A DNA stretch of 39,544 nt. Source: Anaerolineales bacterium (lineage in GTDB: Bacteria; Chloroflexota; Anaerolineae; Anaerolineales; JABWBV01). The stretch is from assembly GCA_041632295.1 (NCBI GenBank), contig JBFKII010000002.1:1-39544 (forward strand), in the 5' to 3' direction. The notes beneath the pieces are model-generated. The model did no database searches and was not told the DNA's origin. It saw only the letters and a list, made by a program, of their open reading frames with translations. The translations under genes and the position numbers were made by a program. Positions 22,507-35,105 of this stretch are shown here, piece after piece; within the stretch, counting starts at the first letter, position 1, and the number at the start of each line of letters is the position of its first letter.

Positions 22507-23085
22507 ATGCCCTGGATCCGGCAGATTCCCTTTGAACAGGCCCGCGGCCTGCTGAAAAAAGAGCTTGAGGCGGCGATCGCCCGCGCCGGCCGAATCTGGA
22601 ACATCGTGCATGTGATGAGCATCCACCCGCGCGCCCTTCGGGACAGCATGCGCCTCTACAGCACCATCATGCACAAGGAATCCCCGCTGTCCCGCTGGCA
22701 GCGCGAGATGCTGGCAACGGTAGTCTCCTGCGCCAACAACTGCCACTACTGAACGCAGGCCCACGCGCACGATCTCCGTGAAGAGCTCGCAAAGGAACCC
22801 GGCGGATTTGATGACCCCGATGGATTCGTCCACGCCGTGGCCAGGGACTGGCGGACCGCCGCGCTCAGCCCTGTCGATCGGGCGCTGTGTGACTTCGCAG
22901 AGAAACTGACCCTCCACCCCGATGCAATGTCCGAAAGCGATCTGGTTGCGCTGCGCAAAGCCGGGCTGGATGACCGCGCCATTCACGATGCCGTCCAGGT
23001 GATCGCCTACTTCAACTACATCAACCGTGTGGCGGATGCCCTGGGCGTGGAGCCGGAGGATTTCATCCCGCCCTGGGGAATTTGA
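22507..23085 (+). CDS. AhpD/CMD-family peroxidase-related selenoprotein (192 aa, Sec at TGA 22750-22752)
   Basis: ORFs 22507-22752 and 22837-23085 are in frame with only one TGA between them; read-through gives NCHY-U-TQAH (AhpD CxxCxxxH) and the AYFNYINRVAD end. Confidence 0.85.
22765..22790 (+). promoter_or_regulatory. Candidate bacterial SECIS hairpin
   Basis: CAC-GATCTCC-GTG stem-loop with the G 18 nt after the UGA; weak lower GCG/CGC stem. Confidence 0.45.
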
Positions 23086-23458
23086 ATGCCACCCGCATCT
23101 GCCACAGGAGGGCCAGCAGCGGGCCGGCCGGTGCGGCGACCAGGGCCAGCATCGCCCAACCTAATGCGCCCATCTGGTCTGAAAGGGTCAGAAAGGTGTT
23201 CATCCCGGCCAGGCTGAAGAAAAGCGGTCGCCTGGGCAGGCCCGAGACAACCCAGCCATAAAACAGCCCGTCGATCAGCAAACCCAGCAGGAGTATCCAC
23301 CACCACGCGCCGCCCCTGCTGACCCCGGTATCTCCCCCCGCCAGGATCCAGGCTCCCACCCCAAACCACAGCAGCATATTTGCCGCCAGCAGCCCGCGCG
23401 CGATCGCAAGCCAACCCCGGGACGGGTGCAGACGGTTTCCTGGTTTATCGGCAGGCAT
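23063..23458 (-). CDS. Small hypothetical membrane protein
   Basis: 131-aa ORF with 3-4 hydrophobic segments filling the gap; overlaps the 3' end of the selenoprotein gene by 23 nt. Confidence 0.6.
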   Translation of the reverse strand: MPADKPGNRLHPSRGWLAIARGLLAANMLLWFGVGAWILAGGDTGVSRGGAWWWILLLGLLIDGLFYGWVVSGLPRRPLFFSLAGMNTFLTLSDQMGALGWAMLALVAAPAGPLLALLWQMRVAFKFPRAG

Positions 23459-23629
23459 GAATGAATTCGAAACTCAATCCGTATCGCATTCCGGGGACAC
23501 ATTTGCCCCACTCGGGCATTTCAGGGCGAGTAGGGGTTCGTCCGGATGGAAATCGCGGCAGCGCTATCCTGGATCCAAATTCCTGTTCGCCCGATCCCCT
23601 GATACCCTTGTGATATACTTTCGCCCGCC

Positions 23630-24400
23630 ATGACGCAGGCCCTGGATTTTACGAGAGAGCTCGTCCGCCAGACGGGAGAAATTCTGCGGGGGTATTTTGG
23701 CAGGCCTGCAATCGCCTCCAAAAAAAAAGAAGACCGCACGCTTCTGACCGAGGCGGACCTGGCGGCGAACGAACACATCACTGCCGCCATACGGGCCGCT
23801 TTTCCCGATGACCACGTTTTGAGCGAAGAGCAGGATACGAGCTTCCCCGGGGACGGGCGCTCGACCTGGGTGGTCGATCCGCTGGACGGCACGACGAATT
23901 TCAACCAGGGGGTTTATTACTGGGGGGTGTCCATTGCTCGCGTGGAAGGCGGCTGGCCCAGCCTGGCGGGCCTTTATTTCCCCATGCTTGACGAGCTCTA
24001 CGCCGCACAGTCCGGGAAAGGCGCCACCCTGAACGGCGCACCCCTGCGGGTCCCCCCCGACGATGGCGCCGGCGTGGCGTTCTTCACCGCCGACAGCCGC
24101 CTGCACCGCCGCTACCGCTCCGAAATACGGATCAAGCCCCGCATCCTGGGCTCGGCGGCTTACAACCTGTGTGCCGTAGCTCGCGGTCTGTCGGTGATCG
24201 GATTCGAATCGGTGCCCAAGATCTGGGACATCGCCGCCAGCTGGCTGGTTCTCGTGGAAGCCGGCGGGACCTGCATCGCACTGCAGGACAACCTGTTTCC
24301 GATGATAGCCGGCCAAAATTACGCCGGCTACCCGATCCCGATCCTGGGAGCCGCCAGCCCAGCCCTGGCTGAAAAATCCCGCGCCTTGATTTCAATTTGA
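23630..24400 (+). CDS. Inositol monophosphatase family protein
   Basis: TEAD, SEE, WVVDPLDGTTNF, RILGSAA, WDIAA. Confidence 0.93.
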   Translation: MTQALDFTRELVRQTGEILRGYFGRPAIASKKKEDRTLLTEADLAANEHITAAIRAAFPDDHVLSEEQDTSFPGDGRSTWVVDPLDGTTNFNQGVYYWGVSIARVEGGWPSLAGLYFPMLDELYAAQSGKGATLNGAPLRVPPDDGAGVAFFTADSRLHRRYRSEIRIKPRILGSAAYNLCAVARGLSVIGFESVPKIWDIAASWLVLVEAGGTCIALQDNLFPMIAGQNYAGYPIPILGAASPALAEKSRALISI

Positions 24401-24649
24401 AGTTCCCGTCAGCGCGTGAGGCCGGAACGGGCAGCCGGGTCCGCAATGTTTTCCCAAACCCCGCTTCTGATGCCGGCCCGGGAACGCGGCGGGAAATCCT
24501 TCCGGCCGCGTCCAGGCTTCCGCCCGAACCCCCGTCCGTGCCGATTTAAGAATCCCATCCGGCCGAACCTTCGGTATAATTTGCCGGGTAAACGGGCCAA
24601 GGCTTCCGGTGGCATCACCGCCGGGGAGATTTGAAGGAGCAAAAGGCAA

Positions 24650-25084
24650 ATGTCCATTCGCAAAGCTGAAACAATTTGGAAGGGAACCCTGCGCGAAGGC
24701 AGCGGGAATATGAAAGTAGGCAGCGGGGCTTTCAACGTATCTTTTTCGCACGGCACCCGCTTTGGAGATGTCCCGGGCACGAACCCCGAGGAACTGATCG
24801 GGGCCGCGCAGGCCGGCTGTTTCTCGATGTTCCTGAGCTCGCAGCTGACCAACGCCGGGTATCCGCCGGAGGAGATCCACACCCAGGCGCAGGTCCATTT
24901 CGGGCGCGATGATGTCGGGCCCCTGATCCAGAAAATCGAGCTGGAAACCAGCGTGGTGGTCGAGGGGATCAGCCAGGAAAAATTCGACGAACTCGTCGAG
25001 GTATCCAAGCAGAACTGCCCCATCTCTCGCGCTTTGCGAGCGATCGAGTCTTTTTCCGTCTCCGCTACCATCTCCGGCCGTTAA
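24650..25084 (+). CDS. osmC: OsmC-family peroxiredoxin
   Basis: GTNPEELIGAA.AGCF and NCPISRAL two-Cys motifs. Confidence 0.92.
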   Translation: MSIRKAETIWKGTLREGSGNMKVGSGAFNVSFSHGTRFGDVPGTNPEELIGAAQAGCFSMFLSSQLTNAGYPPEEIHTQAQVHFGRDDVGPLIQKIELETSVVVEGISQEKFDELVEVSKQNCPISRALRAIESFSVSATISGR

Positions 25085-25232
25085 GCAGGTGTGGCGCCTC
25101 CCCGACCGGTCGGGTTTTCGGCCAGATTGGCGCATTCCCGAAACGAAGCCTCGAATTGCGCCAATTTCGGATTTCAAGTAAGGAGATACCCCAAATAGGA
25201 CGAATTTCTTACTATTTATTTACACTTTCCGC

Positions 25233-25261
25233 TTGATTTTCGCCCGTTACCATTGTATAAT
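25233..25261 (+). promoter_or_regulatory. Sigma70 promoter upstream of rpoC
   Basis: TTGATT (25233-38), 17 nt, TATAAT (25256-61). Confidence 0.75.
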
Positions 25262-25288
25262 CCTACTAAATCCGAAATTTTTCCCCCC

Positions 25289-25335
25289 AGCAAGCGCTTA
25301 ATGTATACCATTTAAGTGCTTGCTTTTGTCTGTTT
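25289..25335 (+). promoter_or_regulatory. Attenuator-like hairpin in the rpoC leader
   Basis: 13-bp stem AGCAAGCGCTTAA / TTAAGTGCTTGCT (one G-U pair) followed by TTTGTCTGTTT. Confidence 0.55.
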
Positions 25336-25400
25336 CAGTCGAATACGCATTTTCCCGAAAAAACGCACCCTCTTTTTCTACGCTCAGGAGGCACAACCGA

Positions 25401-29696
<4,296 letters not shown>

Positions 29697-29723
29697 CCCT
29701 GCTGCCGATAACCTGCAACTACC

Positions 29724-29759
29724 AGCCCCGGAGGCCAGCAACCCTCCGGGGCTTTTTTT
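29724..29759 (+). terminator. Intrinsic terminator of rpoC
   Basis: AGCCCCGGAGG-CCAGCAAC-CCTCCGGGGCT followed by a T run. Confidence 0.9.
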
Positions 29760-29806
29760 GATCCTCTGCCACGCCAATCGCCCAGAGCGACCCCCCTGCC
29801 CCTCAA

Positions 29807-29988
29807 GGCGTTCTCAAAGTCCGTTGACAAAAGAACCTTTCGCTGGTCGTGTAGGCCGCGAAGCAGCCGTATCGAAACCGAGAAAGGCGGAAAACCGGGT
29901 TTCGACAGGCCCTTTGACAGGCACTTCGACAGGCTCAGGACAGGCTCAACCAGCGTTTTCCGCCAGGTTTCGCGACTTTGAGAAAGCC
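29807..29988. mobile_element. MITE-like non-coding element (182 bp)
   Basis: Terminal IRs GGCGTTCTCAAAGTC / GACTTTGAGAAAGCC (14/15); internal IR GGCGGAAAAC/GTTTTCCGCC; four GACAGGC units; second copy at 1-54. Confidence 0.75.
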
Positions 29989-30075
29989 ATGGCCCTACCC
30001 CTTCCCCTGCCTTGACGGCTGATCGGGAAGCGCTTAAGATCAATCACTCATTTGTTCTATTTGGAGCCGCAAGAT

Positions 30076-32571
30076 ATGGAAATCGCCACCCTCCGAAAGA
30101 TCGATATCAACGAAGAAATGCAGCAGGCCTACCTGGACTACGCCATGAGCGTGATTGTCTCGCGCGCCCTGCCAGACGCCCGGGATGGGCTCAAGCCGGT
30201 CCACCGGCGCATCCTGTTCGCCATGCACGATATGAGCCTCAGGCCGGACACCGCACACAAAAAGTCCGCCCGCATCGTGGGTGAGGTCCTGGGGAAATAT
30301 CACCCGCACGGGGACCAGGCGGTGTACGACGCCATGGCCCGCATGGCCCAGGAGTTTTCCACCCGCTACCCGCTTGTGGACGGGCAGGGGAACTTCGGCA
30401 GTATCGACGGCGACCCGCCCGCTGCGATGCGATACACCGAGGCCCGCATGGCGCCTCCGGCTGTTGACCTGCTCGCGGACCTGGAGAAAGACACCGTCGA
30501 CTTCGGGTCCAACTTCGACGACACCCTGCGGGAACCGGAGGTCTTGCCCGCGGCTATCCCCAACCTGCTGGTCAACGGCACCACCGGGATCGCGGTCGGC
30601 ATGTCCACCAGCATCCCGCCGCACAATCTCGGCGAGGTGATCGATGCCCTGATCTTCATGCTGACGAAGTGGACGAACCTGGACAACATCAACGTCGATG
30701 ACCTGATGAAGTTCATCCAGGGGCCGGATTTCCCGACCGGCGGGGTGATCCTGCAGTCGGACGAAGCGGACCAGGGTTTGAAGGCCGCCTACGGGACCGG
30801 ACGGGGGCGGATTATCGTGCAGGCCCGCGTCCACATGGAAGAGGCCGGCCGTGGGCGCACGCGCCTGATCGTGACCGAGCTGCCTTTCATGACCAACAAA
30901 TCCAACCTGATCGAGCGCATCGCCAGCCTGGTGCGGGACGGGACGCTGGAAGGGATCGCCGACCTGCGGGATGAGTCGGCGCGCGAAGAAATGCGCATCG
31001 TAATCGAACTCAGCAAAGGCGCCGATTCCGATGAAGTTCTGAAAACGCTCTTCCGGCGCACCCCGATGCAAAACACGTTCAGCATCATCACGCTGGCGCT
31101 GGTCGACGGGGAGCCGCGGCTGCTCAGCCTGAAGCAGGTCCTGCGGGTGTACATCGAACACCGGCTGGAAGTAATCCGACGCCGCAGTGAATTTGAACTG
31201 GAGAAGGCCCGCCAGCGGGCACATATCCTGGAAGGCCTGCGCACCGCACTTGCAAACCTGGATGATGTCATTAACATCATCCGCCGTTCGCGTACGGTCG
31301 AAAGTGCGCACAACAACCTGCGCAAAACGTTTAAATTGAGCCAGGAACAGGCAGCTGCCATCCTGAATATGCCCCTGCGCCGCCTGGCGTCCCTGGAGCG
31401 GCAGAAAATCGAGCAGGAGTACAAAGACCTGCAAAAGCAGATAAAAACCCTTGTAGGGCTTCTCAAATCGCCTGTGAAGATGCGCCAGGCGGTCGGTGTG
31501 GAGCTGGAGTCGGTCAAAGCCAGCTACGGGGACAACCGCAAAACCCAGATCGTAAACCTTGGGGGCGGCGAGGACGTAAAAACCGCTGTCCTGACGGCGC
31601 GCGACCTGGCGCCAGACAAAGAGGTCTGGGTCACAGTCTCCCCTGATGGGCGGATATCGCACACACCGGATAACAAACCGCCCCGGCTGAGCGGTTCGGC
31701 CGCGGCCAGTCTGCTCCTGAAGGTCAACACGCGCGATACGCTGTACGTCATCAACGAGCAGGGGGAAGCGGCCGCCCTCGGCATGCACGCCGTTCCGGAA
31801 AGCGCCTCCCCCACGGAGGGGACGCCGGTCGAGCAGATCACCCCGCTGCGCGGCGCATCGCCGGTCGCCGCGCTGCTGAACCTGCCCCCCCGGGAGCAGC
31901 GGCAGCCGGGTTGGTTCGCCCTGACCGTCACCCGGGGCGGGATGGTGAAAAAGACCGAGATCACGGAGCTGCCGGGGCCCTCCGCCCAAATAATCACATT
32001 CGCACGGGTCAACGACGGCGACCGGCTGGGCTGGGTGCATGTCACCAACGGAAAGAACGAAATCCTGATGGCCACCGCCGAAGGGATGGCCATCCGCTTT
32101 TCCGAGGAGGAGGTGCGACCGATGGGGGCCGTGGCCGCAGGGGTGATGGGGATCAAACTCAAGGTCGGGGACCAGGTGATCGGGTCGGGCTTGCTTCCCA
32201 GCCGCTACGAGGTTTTCCTGGTGCGCGAGGACGGCAATGCCAAACGGGTCAAAGCATCCCAGTTCCCCAGGCAGGGTCGTTACGGTCAGGGTGTAGTCGG
32301 CTGGAAACTGGGTGCCGGAGAGCGGCTGGCCGGGCTGGCGATTGGGAAAGGCACCCAGCGCATCACGCTCCACCTCGCCAAACTGGCGCCCAAACAGGTG
32401 CGCCTGGACGAAGCCCCCGTCCGGGGACGTCCATCCAACGGCAAGGTGGTTCAGGAACTGAAATCAGGGGACAAAATCGTCATGCTTACCGAACCGAACG
32501 ATTTCCCCCGCCCGGTCCTGGCAGAAAAACCCAAAAAGCCGAAAAGGAAGAAAAAGCCCAGGAAAAAATGA
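30076..32571 (+). CDS. Type IIA topoisomerase subunit A, ParC-like (no canonical GyrA-box)
   Basis: [33 protein letters not shown]; pinwheel repeats; ATG 30076 follows GGAG. Confidence 0.9.
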   Translation: MEIATLRKIDINEEMQQAYLDYAMSVIVSRALPDARDGLKPVHRRILFAMHDMSLRPDTAHKKSARIVGEVLGKYHPHGDQAVYDAMARMAQEFSTRYPLVDGQGNFGSIDGDPPAAMRYTEARMAPPAVDLLADLEKDTVDFGSNFDDTLREPEVLPAAIPNLLVNGTTGIAVGMSTSIPPHNLGEVIDALIFMLTKWTNLDNINVDDLMKFIQGPDFPTGGVILQSDEADQGLKAAYGTGRGRIIVQARVHMEEAGRGRTRLIVTELPFMTNKSNLIERIASLVRDGTLEGIADLRDESAREEMRIVIELSKGADSDEVLKTLFRRTPMQNTFSIITLALVDGEPRLLSLKQVLRVYIEHRLEVIRRRSEFELEKARQRAHILEGLRTALANLDDVINIIRRSRTVESAHNNLRKTFKLSQEQAAAILNMPLRRLASLERQKIEQEYKDLQKQIKTLVGLLKSPVKMRQAVGVELESVKASYGDNRKTQIVNLGGGEDVKTAVLTARDLAPDKEVWVTVSPDGRISHTPDNKPPRLSGSAAASLLLKVNTRDTLYVINEQGEAAALGMHAVPESASPTEGTPVEQITPLRGASPVAALLNLPPREQRQPGWFALTVTRGGMVKKTEITELPGPSAQIITFARVNDGDRLGWVHVTNGKNEILMATAEGMAIRFSEEEVRPMGAVAAGVMGIKLKVGDQVIGSGLLPSRYEVFLVREDGNAKRVKASQFPRQGRYGQGVVGWKLGAGERLAGLAIGKGTQRITLHLAKLAPKQVRLDEAPVRGRPSNGKVVQELKSGDKIVMLTEPNDFPRPVLAEKPKKPKRKKKPRKK

Positions 32572-32585
32572 CGAGTTGGGCAGTT

Positions 32586-33704
32586 TTATTGGGTGATGGT
32601 AAAGCTGGTGCGGTGAAAGCCAATTTTTCCGTCGAAGATACCCATGAAGTCCTTCCCATCGAGCACCTTGCCCAAGGGGGAGGTGGCCGTCCAGGTAAAG
32701 CGGCGCACGCTCCCGGTGCCGGAAAGCCCAGTCAGCCGGAAGGTGGCACTCGGCAGGGACACCATAAACAGCTGGGCGTAGAACCCGATGATCTCCCCCA
32801 CGCCCTGGATGGAGCGGCCAGGGCTGATATGGATGGCTTCCTCTTTGTAAAACTGCATGACCGAATCCGGTTTGCGCGAGTTCAGGGCGGCGATATAACG
32901 CTCGACGAAATCCACCGGCCGGGGGGAGGTGGGCGGCCGGGGCCTGGCCCGTTTGGGCTTGGACCAATCATATGCCCCGATCACTTCCCAGAAGCCGAGG
33001 GATCGGGCTGCATTCCATTCCCAGAAATTGACACCGGCGAGGCCGAGTCTGCGGGCCTCTTCCATAAACGTGACGACCTGGTCGTTGGTCGGCTGCCAGT
33101 TGTGCTCGCGGTAGGCTGCCCCCGTCGGCAGGATCGGCCGCCAGGGGTCCATCTTGCGAAATTCATCCATGCAGCGCCGCAGCTGCACGTCGGGATTGCT
33201 GGCGCCCTGCCAGTAAACCTGAGGCATGTTGAGATCGCACCTGGAGAGGAACTCGCGCCAGGGAAGGTCGCGATGGTAGGAGGGGAAACGGTAGGAACTG
33301 AGGGCGATAGTCGTGGTCGGAAGGTCTTTGCGCAGGTAGCGCATAAAGGAGTCGGCCGCGGAAAATTTGTTTTTGTAATGAACCTCGGCGTCGATCACGT
33401 AGCCTTCCAGGTTCAGGGACCGCACCTGGTCGACGGCGATGCGCGCCTCCCCGGCCGGATCGTCCCCGCGCACATAGTGCCAGCCCCAGGGGGAGATGTT
33501 GCGCGAGCGTAGTGCCTGAACCACCGGCGGGACCAGGTCGACTTTTCTGGCCCAATCGTAATTGTAGCGGTATGGACCGTCTGCTATTTTGATGAGGACG
33601 TGTGTCAGGCCGGCTTCTCGGGCGAGATCGGCGATCCGTTCAGGCTCTCCCCCTTCGGTCTTGTCGATCTTCCAAAGGTATATCCCTTTGCCTTCCAATG
33701 CCAT
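32586..33704 (-). CDS. Putative GH25-like TIM-barrel protein with C-terminal SnoaL/NTF2-like domain
   Basis: VLIKIADG, WGWHY, VIDAE (DxE), PQVYW; Pro/Arg linker; FVERYIAALN...Y.EEA...G..EI..FY SnoaL pattern. Confidence 0.6.
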   Translation of the reverse strand: MALEGKGIYLWKIDKTEGGEPERIADLAREAGLTHVLIKIADGPYRYNYDWARKVDLVPPVVQALRSRNISPWGWHYVRGDDPAGEARIAVDQVRSLNLEGYVIDAEVHYKNKFSAADSFMRYLRKDLPTTTIALSSYRFPSYHRDLPWREFLSRCDLNMPQVYWQGASNPDVQLRRCMDEFRKMDPWRPILPTGAAYREHNWQPTNDQVVTFMEEARRLGLAGVNFWEWNAARSLGFWEVIGAYDWSKPKRARPRPPTSPRPVDFVERYIAALNSRKPDSVMQFYKEEAIHISPGRSIQGVGEIIGFYAQLFMVSLPSATFRLTGLSGTGSVRRFTWTATSPLGKVLDGKDFMGIFDGKIGFHRTSFTITQ

Positions 33705-33741
33705 CGGTCTGGACCCTCGATATTTGGATGCGGGGATTATA

Positions 33742-34302
33742 CTATCCTTCTAATCCAAGCTCCGGGGCAATCCCCTTCATCGCTTCGATCACATTTCCGG
33801 TATGAACCCACAGATCGACACCAAAATCTTCGACGGCCTGGGCGATCTCTTCCCGGTTTGCCCCGGCGGCGAACTGCTTCACCTTCCACTTCTTGCGGAC
33901 CGATTTCACGCCCAGATCCTGGATCGACCGTGAGGGCCGCACCAGCGCACAGGCTGTAATCAGGCCGGTGATCTCATCGCAGGCGAACAGCGCTTTCTGC
34001 ATAGGCGTTTCCCGCGGCACGCCGGTATGGTCGGCGTGGCTCAGGATGGCCTGCACCACAATCTCCGGCACGCCGCGCTGTCGCAGGATCGGGGCGCCTT
34101 CCTGTGGGTGCTGCTCCAGCGTGGGATGGATTTCCCAGTCAAAATCGTGCAGCAGCCCTGCCAGCCCCCAGGTGGCTTCGCTCTGGGGCTCGATTTTGCG
34201 CGCGTACCAGCGCATGGCCGCCTCAACCGCCAGCATATGCCGGACCAGATTCTCGTTGCGGACGAATTCGTGAACGATGGAGAGAGCGTCTTCTCGCTTC
34301 AT
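33742..34302 (-). CDS. HD/HDIG-domain metal-dependent phosphohydrolase
   Basis: H...GLLHDFD...H...AILSH...CDE motifs. Confidence 0.9.
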   Translation of the reverse strand: MKREDALSIVHEFVRNENLVRHMLAVEAAMRWYARKIEPQSEATWGLAGLLHDFDWEIHPTLEQHPQEGAPILRQRGVPEIVVQAILSHADHTGVPRETPMQKALFACDEITGLITACALVRPSRSIQDLGVKSVRKKWKVKQFAAGANREEIAQAVEDFGVDLWVHTGNVIEAMKGIAPELGLEG

Positions 34303-34958
34303 TGGGCTTCCAGGGAAATGGGTTCAGGCGCACCCAGGATGGGCAGGGGCTGCGTGACGTGGACTTCCCACAAGGCGACAGTGGTGGCGACCAGCTCGCG
34401 CATTTTCCAGAATGTCAGCGCCCCGCGCCAGTAGCGGCTCTCGTCGGCCGGCACGCCAAGGGAGGGGAGTCCGAGCGCGTTGCATGTGTAGACCGCGCGC
34501 GGCAAATGGTAGGCCTGGGTAACCAAAATGGCCCCTTCGACCTGAAAGATGGCCGCGGCCCGGTAGCAGGTGTCGTAGGTGCGCCGGCCGGCGAAATCAC
34601 GCACCAGGGCAGCCTCGGGGACGCCCAGCGAGCGGGCATACTGGTACATGGCAGTAGGCTCGTCGTAGCCGGGCGCGCTGTTGTCTCCGCTCAGCAGCAG
34701 CTTGCTGACTTTGCCTTGGAAATACAGTTCAGACGCCGTCCGCACCCGGTCTCTCAGCACGGCCGAGGGGCCTCCGTCTCGCCGCAGGCCTGCACCGAAC
34801 ACAATGGCAACAGGCTGGGGGCTGACCACTTCTGCGTTGTGGATGCGGCCAAGTGTGACCAGCTCCGTCAGGGCGCGCGGCCCAAAAATGAGGGCTGCTG
34901 CGATCAGGGCTCCCCAAAAAGCCAGCCTGACGAGTTTTTTCATCGCCTTCCGGAACAT
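34299..34958 (-). CDS. SanA/YdcF (DUF218, ElyC-like) protein
   Basis: N-terminal TM; VFGAG, LRDR, LLSGDN, DFAGRRTYDT, TQAYHLPRA, RE motifs. Confidence 0.9.
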   Translation of the reverse strand: MFRKAMKKLVRLAFWGALIAAALIFGPRALTELVTLGRIHNAEVVSPQPVAIVFGAGLRRDGGPSAVLRDRVRTASELYFQGKVSKLLLSGDNSAPGYDEPTAMYQYARSLGVPEAALVRDFAGRRTYDTCYRAAAIFQVEGAILVTQAYHLPRAVYTCNALGLPSLGVPADESRYWRGALTFWKMRELVATTVALWEVHVTQPLPILGAPEPISLEAQ

Positions 34959-35003
34959 GGCGGCGATTGTATCACGGGCAGATGATGTGCGGATGAGTGA
35001 GGA

Positions 35004-35073
35004 GAGTAACTGTCACCACTTTCCCTTCGCCTGCGGCTCCGGAAAAAACTCAGGACAGTAGTGACAGTCACTC
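35004..35073. repeat. REP-like palindromic element
   Basis: GAGTAACTGTCACCACT (35004-20) and AGTAGTGACAGTCACTC (35057-73) are inverted, 15/17. Confidence 0.65.
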
Positions 35074-35105
35074 CACCAAAAAACGGTTTTTTCAGATCGA
35101 GAAGG

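Noticed and set aside
22507-23085. Two separate small genes or a pseudogene
   Set aside because: The single TGA sits at the catalytic Cys position with an intact frame on both sides; Sec recoding fits better
24401-24600. GC-rich intergenic stretch as a possible SRP or other ncRNA
   Set aside because: The CCGGAAGG on the minus strand lacks the surrounding SRP helix-8 consensus; no tRNA or riboswitch pattern recognised
25320-25400. Upstream TTG start for rpoC given by the ORF track
   Set aside because: GTG 25401 has an AGGAGG RBS and matches the expected RpoC N-terminus; starts were likewise moved for OCD, cinA, topoisomerase A, phnC and the transposase
29900-29950. GACAGGC tandem units as a CRISPR array
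   Set aside because: Units are 7 bp with 3-6 nt gaps, there are no spacers and no cas genes
30040-33512. 777-aa antisense ORF and 533-aa alternative-frame ORF over the topoisomerase and GH-like genes
   Set aside because: They overlap well-supported genes and give low-complexity translations
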